DNA of 61,721 nucleotides, filler included, from Stramenopiles sp. TOSAG23-3 (taxonomy: Eukaryota), in NCBI GenBank assembly GCA_900128585.1. It is 23 parts of 23 records of this genome, joined end to end, with 100 filler letters (N's around TTAATTAATTAA, not from the genome) between each part and the next. Parts side by side here need not be neighbours in the genome. Positions count along the whole stretch, not along the records: positions 53,802 to 56,375 come from LT644718.1; positions 56,476 to 59,049 come from LT644719.1; positions 59,150 to 61,721 come from LT644720.1; 20 more parts are not named here. One strand, written 5' to 3'. Position numbers and translations under genes: made by a program. The notes below the pieces were generated by a model. It searched no databases, was not told the origin of the DNA, and worked only from the letters and a program-made list of their open reading frames with translations. Below are positions 54,273-61,721 of the stretch, one piece after another. Numbering within the stretch: position 1 is the first letter of the stretch; each line of letters begins with the position of its first letter.

Positions 54273-55901
54273 TCAATTACCCTTGTTGTGGGCCGGGCCG
54301 GCGATTCGCAAGTACTCTACAGATTGCATCTCTGTGAGGCGCGAAACAGTGCGGTCGAAAGCAAACACCTCGTCCTTAACCACTGGGGTGTACTCTGCGG
54401 TTCCCAAAAGGTCCCCATGGTTGTTCGCGTCAGGGTCCGGAACGTTTGTCTGAAAAAGTTGCAGGGGTTCAGCAGCAGCGCTGACGACGACTTTGGTCTT
54501 GTGCTCGTAGAACACGTCAATCATCGTTATGAACCGTCTCATCTCGTTCACCTCGAACGTCGTCAGGACTGGAATACCGGTGATGAAGACCGTGTGGTAC
54601 TCCCCCGCAATCGTCAAGTAATCGCCCGCCCCCAACGGCTTCTCGCAAAGGTCGGAGAAGGTAAACCGTGCCGTATCCGTAGCTTCCGCGGCCATGGGGA
54701 CGTTGATGTTCCGCCCCTGGCGCGTCAGGACTACGGGTTTGGACACGGAGTTCTTCGTAAGCTCTTTCCATAGTGCTTCCACCTTGTCCGAGCCCTCGTC
54801 ACTCAGCGGGGTGATGTACGTGCTCCCTTCCAACGTTCCTGCCAGGCGGTAATCCTCTTTGGAATTGAAATCGAACACGTTCGATTTCTCTTTTACTTGC
54901 TTAATAAATGGGACAAAAAGGTGCCGTTGGATCCCGTTGTAGTACAGGTCGTCGGGGGGGCGGTTGCTCGTTGCGACGACGATGATGCCGCCGTGAAACA
55001 GTTCGTCGAAGAGCCGGCGCAACAGCAGCGCATCGCCGATATCAGTCACCTGCATCTCGTCAAAGCAGAGCAGGTAGCACTCGTCCAAAATTTGCCTTGC
55101 CAGGTGGGGGATTGGGTCCTCGCTGACCCCGCTCTGCCGCAAGCGGTGCATCCGGTCGTGGCACTCCAACATGAACGCGTTGAAGTGGACCCGTCGTTTT
55201 CTGCGCACTGGGCTCTGATCAAAAAACATATCCATCACCATCGTCTTGCCGCAGCCGACGCCACCGAACATGTACAGGCCTTTCGGTGTTTTCCCCGTCC
55301 CCGATCGCTGCGTTACGACTGTGGATTGCTTCGGCTTTGCCGCCGGTTTCGGTTTGCTACTACCAAAAAGGGACGAGAAAAATCCGCCCCCGCTGTTGTC
55401 GTCCCGGTCGCTCCCCTTCTCCATGGAAAACCCTTTCACTGCGTCCTGAAGGGACATCCCTTCCCCCGTCTTCCTTTTCAATGGGACCAGGGGCCCCGGG
55501 TTGTAATCCTGCACCTCGTTGAAGAGTGGTTCTAGGAGTTCCAGGGCCTTGACCTGGCTTTGGTCCGTCGACAACTGTCCGTTTTTTACCTTCTCTTTGT
55601 ACACTGTGAGCGGCGAGGACGTGGAAAAATGGGAACGGTTTCCGGCTTGGAAACGTGGTCGTTCGCTAAGCAGCCTTGCCGAGGCAAGCACCCTGCTGCT
55701 GCGCAGAAGTGCCGATTCTAAACTAGCCGTGCTCGTCAATGTATTGACTAGCCTGCGTTGGCGCGTTGTCCCGAGCGGACGCACGGCACGCCCGTAGGTC
55801 GCACGCAAGGCAGCTGCACCGACCCTGCTCCCACCCCGCACACGGCTTACCCCAATACCAACGCCCGCTAGCACCCCTCGTGCCACAATACGCCTATACA
55901 T
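54273..55901 (-). CDS. AFG1L: Mitochondrial AFG1/LACE1 (ZapE-family) ATPase
   Basis: Arg-rich targeting presequence; PKGLYMFGGVGCGKTMVMDMF, RVHFNAFM, LLCFDEMQVTDIGDA, ATSNRPPDDLY, RRFITMIDVFYE, FAFDRTVSRLTEMQS. Confidence 0.95.
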   Translation of the reverse strand: MYRRIVARGVLAGVGIGVSRVRGGSRVGAAALRATYGRAVRPLGTTRQRRLVNTLTSTASLESALLRSSRVLASARLLSERPRFQAGNRSHFSTSSPLTVYKEKVKNGQLSTDQSQVKALELLEPLFNEVQDYNPGPLVPLKRKTGEGMSLQDAVKGFSMEKGSDRDDNSGGGFFSSLFGSSKPKPAAKPKQSTVVTQRSGTGKTPKGLYMFGGVGCGKTMVMDMFFDQSPVRRKRRVHFNAFMLECHDRMHRLRQSGVSEDPIPHLARQILDECYLLCFDEMQVTDIGDALLLRRLFDELFHGGIIVVATSNRPPDDLYYNGIQRHLFVPFIKQVKEKSNVFDFNSKEDYRLAGTLEGSTYITPLSDEGSDKVEALWKELTKNSVSKPVVLTRQGRNINVPMAAEATDTARFTFSDLCEKPLGAGDYLTIAGEYHTVFITGIPVLTTFEVNEMRRFITMIDVFYEHKTKVVVSAAAEPLQLFQTNVPDPDANNHGDLLGTAEYTPVVKDEVFAFDRTVSRLTEMQSVEYLRIAGPAHNKGN

Positions 55902-56475
55902 TACTACACACAAAATTGGGAAGAACCTAACCGTTTAAAAAAATGCACCGCGAACAATCGGACTATTAGCAAGAAAGGTGGAACTATTGTGTTTCTAAAA
56001 GAAATAGCACACACCCATGGTTTAATATATAGAGTATCAATTATACCATCAGAATAAAAAACTGCTGTAAAATAATAATAAAAAAATAATAATAATAATC
56101 TCATCATCGAAGAAGAAGAAAGAAAACAATAGCAAACTCAACAAGAAATTAAATCAAAACGTAAGAATTAACAGACTATACAAAAAAAACAATCGTACGA
56201 ACGTATTGATTATGCCTTTGTTTAAAATGTTTAACCAACCACCCACCCCCCACCACATTTATATATATTATTTCGTATCTATCTATCTCCGTCCTCTCTC
56301 TGTCACTTTTTTTTTTCTTCTTCTTCTTCTTTTTCTTCTTCTTCTTCTTCTTCTTTTTCTTCTTCTTTCTTCTTTNNNNNNNNNNNNNNNNNNNNNNNNN
56401 NNNNNNNNNNNNNNNNNNNTTAATTAATTAANNNNNNNNNNNNNNNNNNNNNNNNNNNNNNNNNNNNNNNNNNNN

Positions 56476-59049
56476 TAAAGTTGACACGTACCCATCCACA
56501 GTGACAATCACAGGGTGGTCTTTTCCGGTTCCTGCGGGCGAATCCCCAGAAATGGAGGTGTTGCTAGACCGGGTCACATTTGTCCATGCTTGACCATCTG
56601 TCGTAATACTCACTACCGCACTGCTTGAATCGCCAAAATTGTGCCCGGTAAAATTTACCGTAGCGCCTCCCAGCGTAGTGATTATATTGGTAGATGCAGA
56701 TGTTACAGCAGGGTCTGCCAGGCAACAAGCGTGAGGGCTGAAGAAGCACACTTGGTAGCGGGGCATATCGCAGACAGGCGAATCTGTGCCGTTCGGGTAC
56801 GCCGCTTCCACCCCGGACGATGATACTAGCGTGCTCGCAACGCCCTTGCTCACAACGCCCTTGACACCGTACGACAGTCCCCAAAAGTTGTTACTAGCGG
56901 TTGTTGAGTTAAGCAGCGTATTCTTCATGGTGAGATTCCATTGAGGATTTGTGCAGCCATCAGAAGGACAAAGATTCTCGTGGTAAGCAAAAAACGCATG
57001 TCCCCTGTTTGCTGCGGCGGTGTTGGCAACAAATTCGCAAAATGTAAATGTTGCCGTAATGTCGGACCCAAAGTAAACTGCCCCACCGCCGAAATAAGTC
57101 GAAGGGTTACTTGAAGAATCTGTTGATGCCGTGCTGTTCTGTTGGTTGTTGCGGAAGAAGCAGTTGGTAATTGTCGTGGCTGCGCTCGCTCCAAACCCAC
57201 GGGCGTTTCCTTCCCCAGCATGATCGAGATCTATATCTGCATCAAAAAGTCCAACAACTCGACTGCCTATGTAAACCGCGCCCCCCATCGACTCTGCCGC
57301 GTTGTTTTCAAAACGCACATTTTCCATATGCAATTTCGCGACGTTCAGCGCACCTCCCGCGCCGGCACCAAGCCAATCAATGTCATTCAAGATAGCACTT
57401 GACGAGGTAAAGTTAGTGTTGTGTATGCTAACAGTGCTTAAAGCATTTCCACCACCATCGAGACCACTATATGGTCGTTGATAAATGCTACCACCCATCA
57501 CCGCTCTGTTATTGTGAAACCAGCACTCTCTTATTACAAGTAACTCTGCGCCGAAGAAAAGCAGTATAGAACCACCTGCCTTCGCAACTCCCCCCATGCT
57601 TGACATTGGAAAATTAGTGACGTCCCCGCCCGTTAATTTTAACCATTTCAGTGTAAGCGAGTATGCCATCCCGTAATTAGCCAAAACAAAGTGCCGTTCC
57701 CCTGCTTTCGCATTTATTGTAACCAACGTACTTTTCCCGGTAATTTCTAAATTTCCAGTAAGCGACGCAGCACCATACTGGGTGCACGAATCATAGGAAA
57801 CAATTAAAAATGCCCCATTCGTTTGCATGCTAGCAGTATCGCATACCCATTCAAAAATGCACGAGCCACTGATGTTTTTAGAGCCTGGCTTGCACATGCA
57901 GCACTCCTCAGCCGTACTGCCGTCGGCTGAAAAGTTCTGTAGAATCGAATTCGGATCGGAAGCAGTGCAATTATAATTAGAAGCACAAGTCCCTCCACAC
58001 AGTGTGTTGCTTCCACTCTTATCCTCTGGCCAACCCTGTGGGCAACCACAGCATCCCGTGTCCGTCGTCCCATCAACTGTTTTATTTAGTACTGCGTTCG
58101 CATCAGCGCAAGTGTTGGCACTACCCCACGTATGCAAGCACGTTCCTCCACACAGTGTGTTGCTTCCACTCTTATCCTCTGGCAAACCCTGTGGACAACC
58201 ACAGCATTCCGTGTCCGTCGTCCCATCAACTGTTTTATTTAGTACTGCGTTCGCATCAGCGCAAGTGTTGCCCCACGTACGCCAGCACGTTCCTCCACAA
58301 ACAAGATTGTCTCCATCAGTGACTTCCTTAAACGGCGACGGGCACGTACAGCACGTTGCATCCGTGGTGCCGAAAGCATTGGCTCGTTGTTCCGCATTCG
58401 CATCGGCGCAATTGTAATTGTTTGCACATTTAGGCGTACAAACGATGTTCTCCCCAGAAAAGGTTTCTTGATAGCTTGAATTGCACGCGCAGCACGCTTG
58501 ATCCGTAGTACCGTGGAAATTTTGTGGGGGGTCATTCTTAAGGATTGAATTCGGATCGGACGCAGAGCAATTATAACTAGTATAGCAAGTCCCTCCACAC
58601 CTTGTGTGGCTTCCACTCTTACCCTCTCCCCAGCTCCCCGGACAATCACAGCATTCCGTGTCCGTGGTTCCATTAGCAGCTGTATTAAGTACTGCATTCG
58701 CGTCGTTGCAACTGTTGCTAATGTTCCAAGTAGTTTTACAGGTGCCTATGGACACGCAACATGCCCCTGCATCAGAACCGTCCGCAGTAGGGTTGACGGT
58801 GGTGATACCAGGGCAAGTGTTACCACCCATGACATGCCAAACCTTAATGCACGTTCCTCCAGATACGCAGCAGCTTGATTCATCGGAACCATCCGCATTC
58901 GGCCTGACGATTGCCTCTGAATCACTGCAATCATTTCTTGAGACTACATGCCAATCATGATAGCATGTACCTCCACAAGTTGTATAAGACCCATCGTTGC
59001 CTTTTGTATAGATTGGGTAGCTGCACTCGCAACATGCTATGTCGTCGGA
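56476..59049 (-). CDS. Large surface protein fragment: Cys-rich repeats + GGA(I/V) beta-helix (POMP-like) + IPT/TIG domain; open at both ends
   Basis: The frame stays open upstream of ATG 58830 to the contig edge. ~50-aa repeats CGGTC..C.DANAVL..GTTD..CC; GGSI/GGAL/GGAVY with FxNN; TLGGATVNFTGHNFG..SPAGTG..VIVTVDG. Confidence 0.85.
57992..58270 (-). repeat. 153-bp near-identical coding tandem repeat (51 aa)
   Basis: CCTCCACACAGTGTGTTGCTTCCACTC starts at 57992 and 58145. Confidence 0.9.
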
Positions 59050-59330
59050 NNNNNNNNNNNNNNNNNNNNNNNNNNNNNNNNNNNNNNNNNNNNTTAATTA
59101 ATTAANNNNNNNNNNNNNNNNNNNNNNNNNNNNNNNNNNNNNNNNNNNNAGGAACGTAAACCTTTAATGGACCAAAGGTGAGCAGATGCACATCCACGGT
59201 ACATGAGGAAGATAAATTTTAATTGACAGACACAGCCAATTTTTTGTTTTACAAATAATCATTATTTTATGTACATGATACTAAAATGCACACCTCTGCA
59301 CCCAGTAGTAAAGTATCCACGCACTACGCT

Positions 59331-60314
59331 TCACACACCTTTCGAATCCTCCCAAGATCGTTCGACCACCTTTATCAAAGCAATTGCAATTCCGAACGAA
59401 AGGCCTTTGGCAACGACATTTATTCCCGACCCTAATAGTGGGAAAGTCAACGTCCTTCCGATCGCTTCCCTTGTCGAGAAGCCTATGTTCCGAAAATTAC
59501 CAATATTTCGCAACGGTACCGTGATTATTTCCACAATTGATCGTGCGGCAACACCAGACAAAAATGCGTTAAAGACTGGGTAATCCTCTTGCCAATGCTT
59601 CGGTGTCCAAAATTGGCTGTACATCGCAATTTCGAATTGAATCGAAATTTGGCAGCCCTTCAATAGCAACCTCGGTATCCCCCCTGGCGCGGGCCCAAAT
59701 TTTCCGACAGGAATTTGCAAAGGGGGCTGCCCCCCCTTTACGCGTTCCATCAAAGTCAAAGGCGTAATTTTAGCTGCGCCCGCCGTGTATGGCAACGCGA
59801 AAGGTCCGTTGATCATGTATTCAACGCTAGAGGCTGTTAATATTCGAACGGAAAGCTGCTCTAGTTTCGAACATTTCCTCCAATATCTATTCTCTTTCAG
59901 ACCAATCTGTGAGCCGTACCTAGCCCCATTAGCCGCAATTAAGAGCCTTCCGGCGGGCCACAGCTGCCGATAATAAGCTGGAACACCTATTTGTTTTGCG
60001 GTAGTGACAAGATTACTTATGAGACTAAACGAGGTCGTCGGTGGTACCTTGAACGGCTCGACCGACGACGAAAAGCGAGACCAAATGGCGCCTTTCCCTC
60101 GGAAATACATAATGGGGCTATCTGCCAGAGGGACCCAACTCTTGTTCAATCCTGTCCTGGGCAAAAAAAAAATCTGTACAATTGTCCCACAAAGGGGCGG
60201 AATGGTCATTTTAAATAGATCTTTTGCATAGTTCGTTTCAACTACGGCGTTCGGTACGCCAATTGAAAGTTGGGGCTTCTCTCCACCAGGTGGACTGGAC
60301 GCTTCTTGAGGCAT
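59331..60314 (-). CDS. Membrane protein, possibly a divergent mitochondrial carrier (SLC25-like)
   Basis: 327 aa with three spaced helix+Pro segments (CGTIVQIFFLP, ASSVEYMINGPF, SGVAARSIVEIITVPL) and YYRQLWP..RYG. The canonical Px[DE]xx[KR] motifs are degenerate. Confidence 0.45.
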   Translation of the reverse strand: MPQEASSPPGGEKPQLSIGVPNAVVETNYAKDLFKMTIPPLCGTIVQIFFLPRTGLNKSWVPLADSPIMYFRGKGAIWSRFSSSVEPFKVPPTTSFSLISNLVTTAKQIGVPAYYRQLWPAGRLLIAANGARYGSQIGLKENRYWRKCSKLEQLSVRILTASSVEYMINGPFALPYTAGAAKITPLTLMERVKGGQPPLQIPVGKFGPAPGGIPRLLLKGCQISIQFEIAMYSQFWTPKHWQEDYPVFNAFLSGVAARSIVEIITVPLRNIGNFRNIGFSTREAIGRTLTFPLLGSGINVVAKGLSFGIAIALIKVVERSWEDSKGV

Positions 60315-60854
60315 ACCACAAAAAATGCAAGTGCCGTAGTCTATGATTGAACTGTTCTATTTTAAAACCCTGCGTGTTGAGCCAAAAGATTGTGCTTAGG
60401 ATTTCAATGCCTCGCCCCATAATTTATGCGCACATAGTAAATACTGGAAAGACATAATAATGTTTGTACTATATATGTTTGATATACTTGGTAGTAACTT
60501 TGTCCGCGACAACACCACCAACCAAGAAGAAGAAGGGAGGCGGCGACAAAAAATATTTGTTAAATAATTTTATTATTATTATTATATTATTTGATGTTGT
60601 TTGCAACAACAACAAAAAATGACAATGATGTGCTCTTGCTATAATATAATATTATATTAATTAATCCAACAACAATAAATAATAAATTATAATAAAGAAA
60701 GAAAAAAAAAGACGGGTCGGACGGATGGACGACGAGGTAAAAATTTAAAAAATACAAAAAATAAAACAGTGAGTATAAATGTTTCTAGTCGGCCGGTATA
60801 TTCCCCAATGATGGCTGCATTAATTTGAATCTACCGCGCTCTATCAAATGGCCT

Positions 60855-61721
60855 CTATAATTCTTTCCATGGGCCGTAGAAACCGCCATACAACTTGTGC
60901 GCGGCTTCGTTGCATTCTGGGTCAATTCGATGGGCGGCAGACCAGACAGATTTTTCTGCCTCTTCCATCTCTTGTTTTAGCCTGCGAACAACATCTGGGT
61001 ACAGGGCAGACACTTCGTTGCGCTCTTCAATGTCATTTATAACGTTGTACAAGCAGCCCTGGGGGGGGCATTCGAAACTATACTTATCGATCGGGTCATT
61101 TGCAGTGCTGGCATTCGGATAAACGGGCCCTCCCCAGTTCGACTCGATCATTTTTGAACCGCCGGCTGCATACTTCCATTCACCCGACATGTAAAGCCCT
61201 GGCTGAACCAGCCAGCTCTGTCGAGGGGAAGTGCCTGTGTTCCCAGACAAAAGTGGCCAAACGTTGACGCTGTCAACGGGTGGCAGACCCGACGCAGCGG
61301 CGGACTTGTCGAACGGGTTCACGCCTGCCAATTTGCAGAATGTTCCATACCAGTCTGCGATATGTATGGGTTGGTTTTCAATCGTTCCCCGGGCCTTCTT
61401 CGGCAAATATCCGCCACTCGCAAACGCGTTTACTCGAATTCCGCCTTCAAAGTTTGAGTACTTGCCGCCCCGAAGCGGGTAATTGTTCGCCCCTGACTCC
61501 CCATTGAAACATGCAGTGCCTTTTCCCACGTCTTCCCGCGTATTGTTCGTCCACTCCGTCGTGTTGCACAGGCCGTTCTCTGCCTTCACGTATCCGCCGT
61601 TGTCCGCCGTGAATATCATCAAGGTGTTGTCCCACAAACCTTGGGATTTAAATTCTCCTGTTATGTTTGCCAACTGGTCGTCTAAAAAATTTGTCATTGC
61701 TGCATACATTCGGCGGTTGTC
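60855..61721 (-). CDS. Arylsulfatase B/I/J-like sulfatase, C-terminal part
   Basis: YAAMTNFLD, GLWDNTLMIFTADNGG, NNYPLRGGKYSNFEGGIRV, HIADWYGTF, CLYNVINDIEERNE. Confidence 0.92.
   Translation of the reverse strand, partial: DNRRMYAAMTNFLDDQLANITGEFKSQGLWDNTLMIFTADNGGYVKAENGLCNTTEWTNNTREDVGKGTACFNGESGANNYPLRGGKYSNFEGGIRVNAFASGGYLPKKARGTIENQPIHIADWYGTFCKLAGVNPFDKSAAASGLPPVDSVNVWPLLSGNTGTSPRQSWLVQPGLYMSGEWKYAAGGSKMIESNWGGPVYPNASTANDPIDKYSFECPPQGCLYNVINDIEERNEVSALYPDVVRRLKQEMEEAEKSVWSAAHRIDPECNEAAHKLYGGFYGPWKEL

Noticed and set aside
2606-59149. Regularly spaced TTAATTAATTAA repeats every ~2.7 kb
   Set aside because: Artificial linkers flanked by Ns; not a CRISPR array or biological repeat.
1-61721. 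Possible gene cluster or operon-like system across the window
   Set aside because: Contigs are concatenated by length, so adjacency across spacers carries no information.

Overview
This is not continuous genomic sequence. It is 23 unrelated ~2.6-kb contigs, sorted by decreasing length and joined by 22 artificial 100-nt spacers (N44-TTAATTAATTAA-N44), so gene neighbourhoods across spacers mean nothing. The content is eukaryotic: GC-rich, nearly intron-free genes in very AT-rich, microsatellite-laden intergenic DNA. Ciliary genes (TTC12-like, a TTLL3/8-type glycylase, an ODA-docking-like coiled coil), HSF and AP2 factors, titin-like FN3/PA14 surface proteins, a BspA LRR protein, a sulfatase and a GH18-like protein suggest a flagellated protist. 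A heterotrophic stramenopile from a single-cell or metagenome assembly is my inference. Main observations: (1) a secreted precursor at 32370-33011(-) with four RRL motifs, a net +15 cationic peptide and an acidic tail, which is antimicrobial-peptide precursor architecture; (2) a 21-bp motif CAAGAAAATTGGCTGTTATTT, usually 30-110 nt after stop codons in the sense orientation, plus two companion intergenic motifs; (3) an SF1 helicase-kinase fusion; (4) a Sola2-like transposase; (5) an internally deleted single-domain EF-hand ion channel and an inverted junction, both resembling amplification chimeras; (6) one AT-rich, intron-containing contig that is probably from another organism. Family calls come from motif recognition, with no database searches.
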